Notes under the pieces: model-generated
The model's database searches: none
What the model was told of the DNA's origin: nothing
The model's input: only the letters and a program-made list of their open reading frames with translations
In this document: one piece after another, positions 37,894-46,039 of the stretch
How positions within the stretch are numbered: position 1 is the first letter of the stretch
Layout: each line of letters opens with the position of its first letter
Position numbers and translations under genes: made by a program
Assembly: GCA_903884535.1 (NCBI GenBank)
Contig: CAISEZ010000067.1
Span: forward strand, 358-64,357
Reading direction: 5' to 3'
Length of the DNA: 64,000 nt
DNA from: an uncultured Verrucomicrobia subdivision 3 bacterium
GTDB lineage: Bacteria > Verrucomicrobiota > Verrucomicrobiia > Limisphaerales > UBA11358

Positions 37894-40800
37894 TTAGCGG
37901 TGTGCGTTGATTCGGTAAAACAGATTGGTTCCACCGGCGGTGCCAGTAGGCAGCACTGAATTAGTGATGCTGGTGGGTGGCGGGTTGGTGAAGATGGCAG
38001 TCCATTGAGGTGCCGGAAGCGTCGGCGAACATTCGAGGTATTGCCAGGCGTTGACGCCGCCGATCCAAGTGAGGTTTACATTGGTGCCGACGACGTTGAG
38101 ATTGATGAAGGCTAAACGGGAAGCGGCATTCGTCGGATTGAGGTCGGCGGTGTAATTTTGCAGCGTCGTGTTGCCGTTCGAGTTGATGAGACTCGCGACG
38201 GACGCGAGCGTGGGATCGAAGCCGTATTTGATGGCCCAACCGTCGGGAATACCGTCGTTGGCGGAAGACCACACGTTCGGATCGAGGCCGTATTGAAATT
38301 CTTGAATATCCGTCAGCCCGTTGCCCGAATGACTGCTCGTGGCGGTGACGGCGGAGAGAGTGCCGAAGTGTGCGCGCACCCAGATGTCGGGCAGACCGAG
38401 GCCGACCGTGTCGGTCGCCGCGCCGTTGTAAGTTTCAATCGTGCCGCGCGGCGTCAAATCCTTGCCGGTGAAGCCGGAAAAATTCGTCGCGTAACGATGG
38501 ACTTTGAAAACTTCATTGAGCGTCTGTAGTGGAAAATTCGTGTTGCTGTTCGGATCGAATGGAATGGTGCTGCCCTGGGCCAGCGGAGTGGTGGTCACAG
38601 GACTGATGTATTTCCAAATGGTTTGCGAATTACTGGTGACTTCAAACAGCGTGCCGCGAATGCCAAAAGTGATGAGCGTGTCGCCGTTGGGTTCGCGTTC
38701 CACGCCGCCGATGTCCGCACCATAAAAATTCGTCGCCGGATTGTTGGTGTATTGCCAGAAATAACTCGTCGGCCCGAAATAGGTGTTGCCGACACGTGAA
38801 TAAAAACCATTCGCGTCCACCGGCGGCGCAATTTCATCAATCGAAGTGTAAGCCGGATTGGCGCGGTTGATTCCGTTGTCGTGAATGAGAATATGGCCCG
38901 CACCGGGACAATTGGTCGGAATCCAAATGGCGCAGTGCTGTTGCCAGAGCATTTCTTTGTGCGTCGCGTCGGTGAGATTGTTGACGGCCGGATTGCCCCA
39001 GCGATAAAGCAAGTCACCACCTTTGCCGTAGCGACCACCGGTATGGCCGGCAGCTTGCGCGGTCGTCGTGCTGTGGTCAATTACCCAAATTTCGCATTGA
39101 TTGCGCGAGCTGATGAGGATTTGGTCAAGCTGCGGGTTGTAATCAATGCCGTTAAAATGATTCCAGAACTGTTGGAGCGGGCCGCTATTGGCGTTGATTA
39201 GCTCTACGTGATTGCTGACCACGCCGTAGTTGGATTTGGTCACGTCATTTTGTTGGACGAGGTGATCCCAGACGTGCCACTGCCAGACAATCGTGCCGTT
39301 GGTCGTGCCGTCCTTCGCGGCGGGCTGCACTTCAACAATGGCGTCGGGCAGCAAGTAACCGCCGTTGGTGGTCACGCTAACTTGCGTCTGCGAATTCGTC
39401 TGAAAACCGGCGGCGAGAACTTCCGCCAAAGGCTTCTCCTCACACATAATCATCAGCACATTGCCGTTGGGCAAAAGCGCGATGTCGTGATGGCTGAGGT
39501 TCGTGATGGTGTTCTGTTCATAGCACCAGACCAGATTATTTTGCCAGTCGCGCTCTTCCAACCGACCGCCCTCCCCGCCGCCGGTGTTGAGCAGCGATTG
39601 CGAGCCGAGCGAACAAGTCCGCAGCAAATGGCCGTTGGGCATGAGATATTCCGAGCGGCCGGGGTTGTAAGTGGTCGTCCACTGGTGAACATACTGACCG
39701 GTGTTGTTGATCAGGTAAGTGGTGTCGGCCTGCATCGGCGAGAACAGCGTGTAACCCGGCTGCGCAGTCGCGAGGTTGGTGAACAGACCCACCGTCTGCG
39801 TCAGTTTTTCCTGACGCATCACCCGGAAGCCCGTTTGACTCCACTGACCGTAAGGATCGCCGGGCGGACCGCCGCCGAGAAAATACGACGGATCACGATT
39901 GGAAACCCGCGCGTGGCCGTAGTCGAAGTCGCTCGCCGAATTGCCGTTCCACCAAGTGCCCCCACGCAGGCAGCGGTAGGGCGAGCCGTTGAAATAATCA
40001 TTGGTGGTCAAAATGGAAAGCACCGGACCGGGTGGATTGGTGACAATGTTGTTGTTCGTGCAATAGGCGTAGTAATTGTTCATATACCAGTCGTTGCACC
40101 ACTCCCACACATTACCGCCCATGTCGTAGATGCCGTAGGGATTCGAGCCGTCGCTGGTCTGATAAGTCGTCTGGCTGCCGGGCCAGTTGTAATTCGTCGT
40201 GTAACGCAGCGCACCGTTGTAAAAGCCCACCGGTGTCGTGCAGGGATAATCGTTCGTCGTTTCAAACGGGTCGCCGGAATTTTCCCAGTTCGCATAGGAG
40301 CCGTCGGCGTTGGTATTCATGCCCCACGGGAACATGACGTAGGGATTGGTCTGCCCGCCGTGGGCGGCGTATTCCCACTCGGCTTCGGTTGGTAAGCGCC
40401 AGCCATTCGCGCTGATATCCACATCGCCGTTGGTAAGATTGTAACACGCGTTGAAACCATTCGTCTGGCTCAACCAATTGCAATACGCAATCGCGCCGAA
40501 CCACCGCACGCTCGTGACCGGATGCAAATCGCGGCTGCTTAGCACGACGAACGTTCCGCTCTGATACTGAATGCGGCTCGATGAGGAAGCGTCGTGCGTG
40601 TAAAAATATTCATTCGTGCCGCCGACGGCATAGACGACGTTATTGCTCACCGTGATCAAGCCCCGCGCCAGCGCGGCGTTCAAGTAGTCGCAATACTCAC
40701 GGCAGGTCACGAGCGTCGTGTCCATATAGAGCGGCGAGATGTAAACATTGTGAACCGGCACTTCGTCGGTGTAATGCTTGATGTCAATGTAGTCAAACTG

Positions 40801-41451
40801 GTCGCCCATCAGAAAATTCCCGCCGGGAATCCGCACGTATTGCGCCGTGAATGGAATGATGGCGTTGGAAGTGCCGGTGGTGGTCGTGAGGGCGATTTGG
40901 TCCAGAAAGATCCGGTTGCCGGTATTTCCTTCGCTGAATTCAAAGCGCAAGGTCAAATTGCTGACCAAGTCGCCGGGTTGAAGGTTGTAGGTGTAAAGTT
41001 GCCAGCTTTGGCTTGCGGAAGACTGACCAGAAAGGCGGGTTGTGAAACCCGTTCCAGGATTGATCTGCATCGCCCAACCGGCATTGCTGCTGGTGATATT
41101 GACCTGAAGATAAAACGTCAGCGTGGCGCTGTTGCCGCGAGCATCAATCGGCAACGTCGTGGTGATGGTGCTGTCGGTCAGATTGGTTGTGCCACTCTTG
41201 AACGAAAAACCGTTGGTATTGCCGCTGCCATAATTGGCATTCGGATTTTGCTCGAAGGGATTATTGACACTGAAAGTGACAGCCCAAGGATTATTGCAAC
41301 CCGAACCGGTCCAAGGCTTGACCACATTGGTCGCCATCGTTTCCAAAAAAACCACCGTGTTTGTCGTTGCCGCACTTGCGCTCCACACTCCGACCAATGC
41401 GGCCAGCAACAGCGTCATCCGAAGAAATAACTGATAGCGAATCGTTCTCAT
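37894..41451 (-). CDS. secreted multidomain protein: N-terminal lectin/CBM-like domain, FGE-sulfatase-fold (SUMF1/EgtB/PvdO-like) domain, arylsulfotransferase (ASST)-like beta-propeller, FYRI C-terminal module
   Basis: The FGE-fold segment is VRIPGGNFLMGD...RWFGAIAYCNWLS...GWRLPTEAEWEYAAHGG...GNVWEWCNDWY...RCLRGGTWWN...GFRVMR. The ASST-like segment is GYTLFSP...TYLINNTGQYVHQW...HHDIALLPNGNVLMI...DLLYRWGNP. An IPDGWAIKYGFDP linker precedes the tail ...NLFYRINAHR. Confidence 0.75.
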   Translation of the reverse strand: MRTIRYQLFLRMTLLLAALVGVWSASAATTNTVVFLETMATNVVKPWTGSGCNNPWAVTFSVNNPFEQNPNANYGSGNTNGFSFKSGTTNLTDSTITTTLPIDARGNSATLTFYLQVNITSSNAGWAMQINPGTGFTTRLSGQSSASQSWQLYTYNLQPGDLVSNLTLRFEFSEGNTGNRIFLDQIALTTTTGTSNAIIPFTAQYVRIPGGNFLMGDQFDYIDIKHYTDEVPVHNVYISPLYMDTTLVTCREYCDYLNAALARGLITVSNNVVYAVGGTNEYFYTHDASSSSRIQYQSGTFVVLSSRDLHPVTSVRWFGAIAYCNWLSQTNGFNACYNLTNGDVDISANGWRLPTEAEWEYAAHGGQTNPYVMFPWGMNTNADGSYANWENSGDPFETTNDYPCTTPVGFYNGALRYTTNYNWPGSQTTYQTSDGSNPYGIYDMGGNVWEWCNDWYMNNYYAYCTNNNIVTNPPGPVLSILTTNDYFNGSPYRCLRGGTWWNGNSASDFDYGHARVSNRDPSYFLGGGPPGDPYGQWSQTGFRVMRQEKLTQTVGLFTNLATAQPGYTLFSPMQADTTYLINNTGQYVHQWTTTYNPGRSEYLMPNGHLLRTCSLGSQSLLNTGGGEGGRLEERDWQNNLVWCYEQNTITNLSHHDIALLPNGNVLMIMCEEKPLAEVLAAGFQTNSQTQVSVTTNGGYLLPDAIVEVQPAAKDGTTNGTIVWQWHVWDHLVQQNDVTKSNYGVVSNHVELINANSGPLQQFWNHFNGIDYNPQLDQILISSRNQCEIWVIDHSTTTAQAAGHTGGRYGKGGDLLYRWGNPAVNNLTDATHKEMLWQQHCAIWIPTNCPGAGHILIHDNGINRANPAYTSIDEIAPPVDANGFYSRVGNTYFGPTSYFWQYTNNPATNFYGADIGGVEREPNGDTLITFGIRGTLFEVTSNSQTIWKYISPVTTTPLAQGSTIPFDPNSNTNFPLQTLNEVFKVHRYATNFSGFTGKDLTPRGTIETYNGAATDTVGLGLPDIWVRAHFGTLSAVTATSSHSGNGLTDIQEFQYGLDPNVWSSANDGIPDGWAIKYGFDPTLASVASLINSNGNTTLQNYTADLNPTNAASRLAFINLNVVGTNVNLTWIGGVNAWQYLECSPTLPAPQWTAIFTNPPPTSITNSVLPTGTAGGTNLFYRINAHR

Positions 41452-41456
41452 GGCGG

Positions 41457-41843
41457 TTAAGCAGGCAGGCCGTCTTTCTTCCCCACCAACGCCTCCAGCT
41501 TTTGTTCAGCAATTTCCATGTCAGACAATTTCGGGGCAGCAGCAGTGACTGTTTCCGGTTCGGTTGGCTGGACCACCGGCAACACCGGTTGACTAATTTT
41601 GCCAGTCTCCGGATATGCCATGCGGATCAACCAATTTCCGCGTAGCAGCCAAATGGCAACGGTCAGCGTAAAGGCAACCGGTAGGAAATTGGTTACGATG
41701 TTGATGAGCGGCGTGCTACGTGCCTGCGCCAGCACCATGAAGCTTTGCACGACGAGATCTTTCAGGCCGATGCAAAGGAAAAATAATCCAGTGAGCCGCA
41801 CCGCCAGCCGGAATATTTCCTTGTAGATATTTGTCTCTTTCAT
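41457..41843 (-). CDS. hypothetical small membrane protein
   Basis: A 128-aa ORF (MKETNIYKEIF...) with two hydrophobic helices and an acidic/coiled tail. It fills the gap between two large secreted-protein genes. The longer 354-aa ORF in the track overlaps the upstream gene and is rejected. Confidence 0.4.
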   Translation of the reverse strand: MKETNIYKEIFRLAVRLTGLFFLCIGLKDLVVQSFMVLAQARSTPLINIVTNFLPVAFTLTVAIWLLRGNWLIRMAYPETGKISQPVLPVVQPTEPETVTAAAPKLSDMEIAEQKLEALVGKKDGLPA

Positions 41844-41893
41844 GTTATTTGCTCTTTCTGTTTTGGTTGTTCTTTTCGGAATCATTGTTTTGC

Positions 41894-44419
41894 TTACCAC
41901 ATTAGCCGATAAAATTTCTTTGGCTGGCTTGAGACCGGATTGGTGTCGGTCCAGGTGTTGGTTTGTCCCACATTGAGATTGGTCCAAGTCATCAGCTCGA
42001 AGGACCACTGAACACAGTAGTTCAGCCCTGATTGTCCCGACCATTGCAAGATCATGTTGTTCGTGGCGATGGCACCATTGAGCAGGCCGTTTGCAGGAAT
42101 GTTGTAGCTGTAGCTGACCATCCGATTGGTGATGCCGGGGCCGGGCGAGGCCGGCGGATAGGCCGAAGAATACGAGCGCACATACTCCACCGTGACGATG
42201 ACTGGTGAGACGGTGACCCGCAAATGACCGGAGCTGCCAAAGAAAACGCCGCCTTGATAGTTGTATCCAAAGTTGGTGCCCGTGGCATAACTGTAGGAGT
42301 CGTAAGGGTAATGACTCGGTTGCGGAGTCTCCTGATAGATCAAATCTGGGCTGCCGTTGGTCGCGCCGCTGGCGTAGTAATCCTGTTTGCAAAAAAGATG
42401 GTCGTGACCGTGGAAAAATATTTGCGCGTGATTGGTCAACAGCAAGGCGCGGATCGGCATCGGCCAGCCCGGACGATGCGACGCAAAACCCGGCGTGCCG
42501 TTGGTATTCAGACCACCCCATTCAAAGTAAGGCGAAAACTCCAGCCCGCCGCGCGCCTGAGTGTCCCAACTGCCACCAATCAAGTGGTGAGCGAAAACAA
42601 ATTTGTATTTGGCCGTGCTGTTTTCCAGCGTGGACTTGAGCCAATAGTATTGATTCGTGCCGAGCGTCCACGCCCATGGGTCACTGGATTTGGTAACGCC
42701 TTGGTTGCTATACCAGAACGGGTCGAGCATCACGAACAGTGCGTCACCCCATTCAAAGGCGTAATACGCATCACGCGGTCGCTGCTGGTAATTGTCCACG
42801 CTGGTCGCACCTGAATAGAACCCACCGGGAATCGGGCACGCATAATATTGCTCCCGCGCGGTCGCGCCCCAAACCGGCGAGCAGTCATGTGGAGCACTGT
42901 TGCTCAACATCCAGCCCAGCTCGGGATCATGATTTCCGTTCACCAGAAACAGCGGCACTGAGTGGCCGATGATGCTGAAATATCTAGCCCGCGCATCGGC
43001 ACAATCAAAATTGAGGCTCGGCTGGGTCAGCGCATTGGTAATGCCGTAGTAATTATACAGCTTTTCACCCATGAACGTGTCGCCGAGGTCCACAAAGAAA
43101 TCCGGCTGATCGTTTAGAACATTGGTGTAGGTCTGCTTCCAAACGGCATCCACCGTTCCCCCGCTGCTAAGGCCGAAATCGCCATAATGCGGGTCCGCAT
43201 CAATGTCGAAAGTAAAGGTGCTGCCCCGTGCCCGCTGGGTGACAAAAGTGTGTTCCGCTCCGGTGTTGAATGAAGTCCCATTGTTGGTCGAGTAACACAT
43301 CCGGTAGAAATACCGTTGATTACGCTGAAGCTGGTCAATCATCAGCGGCGTTGGCACACCGTTGGTAATGGAAATGGTCGCGCTCAGGCCGGTGTAATAT
43401 CCCGATTGCGTGCCGTATTGGAAATACACTTGAAGATTTTGATTCGCGAGCACGCTCACGGCAATTGAAGTGTCCGTTGGCCGTCCCAGCATCAAATCAT
43501 AGCTCACAGCGGGTTGAACCGTGTAGCTGTAAGTTGAATTTGGCGCAGTCACCGGATTTGTCGCCGACAGGCTGGCAACGTCTGTGGCCGTCAGGAAATA
43601 ATTCACGGTCGTGCCGGAGGAAAATGCCGGAATTTGCCCGCCATAAATTCCGTCATCCGGGGCGCTGTCATGGTGCAGACCGTCGTCGAACATCACCACA
43701 TTCGTCCAACTGTCGCCACCGGTCGTCCCCACCACTGAAATCTGGTCTAGTAGAATCTTGTTCGTGTTTCCGCCGCCGGCAAACTCAAAGCGCAATTGAA
43801 GATTGGAAACCAATTCCGCAGAATGCAGATTATAATGGTAAAGCTGCCAGTTGTGAACAGAACCGGTCAGGTCGCTCATGCGGGTGACGAAGCCAGAACC
43901 AACGTTCAGTTGCATGGCCCAGCCGGTGTTGGTGATCAAATTTGCCGTCTTGATATAAAACTCGATGAATCCCGAATTTCCTTTGGCGTTGATACCGTTT
44001 CCGGTCGTGATGGTGCTGTCAGTGAGATTGACCGTTCCTCTGGTGAATTGTAATACGCAGGGATTGCCGCCGTAGTTTAAATTCGTGACCTGCGAGAACG
44101 GGTTTGTGCCGTTGTAGCCGACCGTCCATGGATTGTCGCAGCCCGACCCAGTCCACGGACTGAGGCCGCTCGCATTGGTGTCCATAGTTTCAAGAAAGAC
44201 GGTGTTGCTGAGAATCGGCGTCTCACTGGTAGTATAAGCCAGCGTTACGGATGCCAGGCTCACCGTATCTGTCACGCCCGCCGTGACCCAAACCGAATTG
44301 CCCTCAATCGCAACCGGGTTCGTCACGCTGAAAATTGCCGGCAATCCGTCGGCCATCGCCTGGCGGCTGACGGCAAGGACAAACGCCAGAGCAATAAACT
44401 TACGCAAGTAACTATTCAT
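41894..44419 (-). CDS. secreted metallophosphoesterase (paralog 3) with N-terminal lectin/CBM-like domain and FYRL C-terminal module
   Basis: The motif set ADPH, LGDTF, NGNHD, FAHH and GHDH is intact. The N-terminal ~150-aa domain is homologous to that of 37894-41451 (FLETM..PWTGSGC.NPW...NLTDSTITT...GWAMQ.N.G.GF.TR......WQLY.YNL...LVSNL.LRFEF). The tail is ...KKFYRLMW. Confidence 0.75.
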   Translation of the reverse strand: MNSYLRKFIALAFVLAVSRQAMADGLPAIFSVTNPVAIEGNSVWVTAGVTDTVSLASVTLAYTTSETPILSNTVFLETMDTNASGLSPWTGSGCDNPWTVGYNGTNPFSQVTNLNYGGNPCVLQFTRGTVNLTDSTITTGNGINAKGNSGFIEFYIKTANLITNTGWAMQLNVGSGFVTRMSDLTGSVHNWQLYHYNLHSAELVSNLQLRFEFAGGGNTNKILLDQISVVGTTGGDSWTNVVMFDDGLHHDSAPDDGIYGGQIPAFSSGTTVNYFLTATDVASLSATNPVTAPNSTYSYTVQPAVSYDLMLGRPTDTSIAVSVLANQNLQVYFQYGTQSGYYTGLSATISITNGVPTPLMIDQLQRNQRYFYRMCYSTNNGTSFNTGAEHTFVTQRARGSTFTFDIDADPHYGDFGLSSGGTVDAVWKQTYTNVLNDQPDFFVDLGDTFMGEKLYNYYGITNALTQPSLNFDCADARARYFSIIGHSVPLFLVNGNHDPELGWMLSNSAPHDCSPVWGATAREQYYACPIPGGFYSGATSVDNYQQRPRDAYYAFEWGDALFVMLDPFWYSNQGVTKSSDPWAWTLGTNQYYWLKSTLENSTAKYKFVFAHHLIGGSWDTQARGGLEFSPYFEWGGLNTNGTPGFASHRPGWPMPIRALLLTNHAQIFFHGHDHLFCKQDYYASGATNGSPDLIYQETPQPSHYPYDSYSYATGTNFGYNYQGGVFFGSSGHLRVTVSPVIVTVEYVRSYSSAYPPASPGPGITNRMVSYSYNIPANGLLNGAIATNNMILQWSGQSGLNYCVQWSFELMTWTNLNVGQTNTWTDTNPVSSQPKKFYRLMW

Positions 44420-44443
44420 AACAACTTGTCATGGACTGTCGGG

Positions 44444-46039
44444 TCAGTCGCCCTGGCCAACTGGTCGTTGATTTCCACTTTCGCGCTCGATGAAGACAGT
44501 CCGGTCGTAAGTAAACTTCAATTGCGCGCTGTCGAGCACGAGATCTTTCATGGCGGTGAGCAAAACGTTGCGATTGACCGCCGCCGGCGGCAAGGAAATT
44601 TCCACCGGCGCAGACAGCGCATAAACCGTGATGAAATACGTCTTCGCGCCCGGCCCTTTTGAGTGCGGCGGCGCGTAACCGAGACTGCGATTCACGCTGT
44701 TGTTCCCCGCGACGCCGATGCCGGTGGCGTTTTTTGGCAAGCTGTGAATGTCTGCAGGAATATTGTAGAGCGTCCAATACCACTTCACATCGCCCGGCCC
44801 GGGAAAATGATCCATGATGATGGCAAAATATTTTGTGCTGGCGGGCGCGCCACTCCACACGAGCGGTGGCGATGCGCTCGCACCATCGCCGGTGAATTCC
44901 ACCGGCAGCGAGCCGCCATTGGTGACCACACTGCTCGTCAAAATCAAATTTCCGCTGCGCTTCACGTTGATCATGACCGGCGCAACCGCGCCGCCGCGCG
45001 AATTTTCGAGACGCGAGCCGCGCTGATTTTCCGGCGGCGGATTGTCGCGCGGCGGCGGCCCGCCATTTCTACCGCCCGCACGATAAGTGGCTTCGCGCGT
45101 GGTGCCGTCGGCGTTGGAAAATTTAAATTTCCAAACTCCCGGGCCGACACTGGCGTAATTCACCGCCGCCGGCTGGCCGTTCACCGTATATTGCAAAGCA
45201 AACGTGTTCTCTTCCGGTGAATTGGTGAACGCGGTGATCTTCGCGCCGCGCAACGGCGGCTGGGCCGGGCGGATCGGCTGCGCGTGTGGCTGTGGATCAA
45301 CCTGCTCGTTCAACTCGACGACTTCGCCGTGAAAACCGCCCATGACATACGGATAACTCGTCGAGGCGTGATAGTGATAACCGAGCGCGACGGTTTCGTG
45401 TCCGTGAAATGCATCCAGACCCACCGGTGCAGCGCCGTCCAGTTCGGTCAGACCATAAATCGGATAGCCGTCGAGCGCGTAAGCGATGGGCAGATTTTTT
45501 CCGACGACGTTTTGCAACACGAGCGGCGCGACATGGTAATGATAATCATCCGCGCGTCCGCAATGTCCGCCCCACAAATCCAGTTCGCCGATCTCCTTGG
45601 AAATTTCGCCGCGATTGTTTTGCGGGTTGAAAATCGGAATGCCGTCCGCGCCGACTGCAATCGCGCCGCGCAAAAAATCATTTTTGATGCTGCGCGGATT
45701 TTTCGCCGGCACCGGATGCAGTGGAATCGCCCACGCATTCTCGCCGAAATACGGCTGCGGCAGCGGCACCTGCTGCTGCCAGGACGTGATGCCCACCATC
45801 ATGCCGTGGTCGGGCAAGCCGTTGTTCAGGACGTAAAGATATTTGTCATCCCAGGTCACCTTCAGGCGCGGCGCGAATTTCAAAAACGGCGCAGCCTGCG
45901 GCGGTGGATTGTTTGTGCCGCCGGACAGGCCCCGTCCGTTGCGGCTGCCAAACCAATCGGGCGCATTCGGCGCGGTGGTTTGTGCAAAAACTGCCGTGGC
46001 GGCCAAAATAATTTGGAGTTGTGGAATTATTTTTTTCAT
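44444..46039 (-). CDS. secreted YHYH-domain protein fused to a YbhB/YbcL (PEBP) family domain
   Basis: A signal peptide is followed by two YHYH motifs (CGRADDYHYHVAP and VALGYHYHAS). The C-terminal PEBP-like segment is PPLVWSGAPASTKYFAIIMDH...YWTLYNIP...YAPPHSKGPGAKTYFITVYAL. Confidence 0.75.
   Translation of the reverse strand: MKKIIPQLQIILAATAVFAQTTAPNAPDWFGSRNGRGLSGGTNNPPPQAAPFLKFAPRLKVTWDDKYLYVLNNGLPDHGMMVGITSWQQQVPLPQPYFGENAWAIPLHPVPAKNPRSIKNDFLRGAIAVGADGIPIFNPQNNRGEISKEIGELDLWGGHCGRADDYHYHVAPLVLQNVVGKNLPIAYALDGYPIYGLTELDGAAPVGLDAFHGHETVALGYHYHASTSYPYVMGGFHGEVVELNEQVDPQPHAQPIRPAQPPLRGAKITAFTNSPEENTFALQYTVNGQPAAVNYASVGPGVWKFKFSNADGTTREATYRAGGRNGGPPPRDNPPPENQRGSRLENSRGGAVAPVMINVKRSGNLILTSSVVTNGGSLPVEFTGDGASASPPLVWSGAPASTKYFAIIMDHFPGPGDVKWYWTLYNIPADIHSLPKNATGIGVAGNNSVNRSLGYAPPHSKGPGAKTYFITVYALSAPVEISLPPAAVNRNVLLTAMKDLVLDSAQLKFTYDRTVFIERESGNQRPVGQGD

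Noticed and set aside
37894-41451. Interpreting the FGE-fold domain as the formylglycine-generating enzyme for the neighbouring sulfatases.
   Set aside because: The segment corresponding to the catalytic C-x4-C pair contains no cysteine (NGNSASDFDYGHARV). The call is therefore limited to a generic FGE-sulfatase-fold domain.
41457-42521. 354-aa ORF overlapping the 3' end of the 841-aa metallophosphoesterase gene.
   Set aside because: The upstream two-thirds overlaps a well-supported gene in another frame. Only the last 128 codons (41457-41843), which fill the intergenic gap and encode hydrophobic helices, were kept as a tentative CDS.
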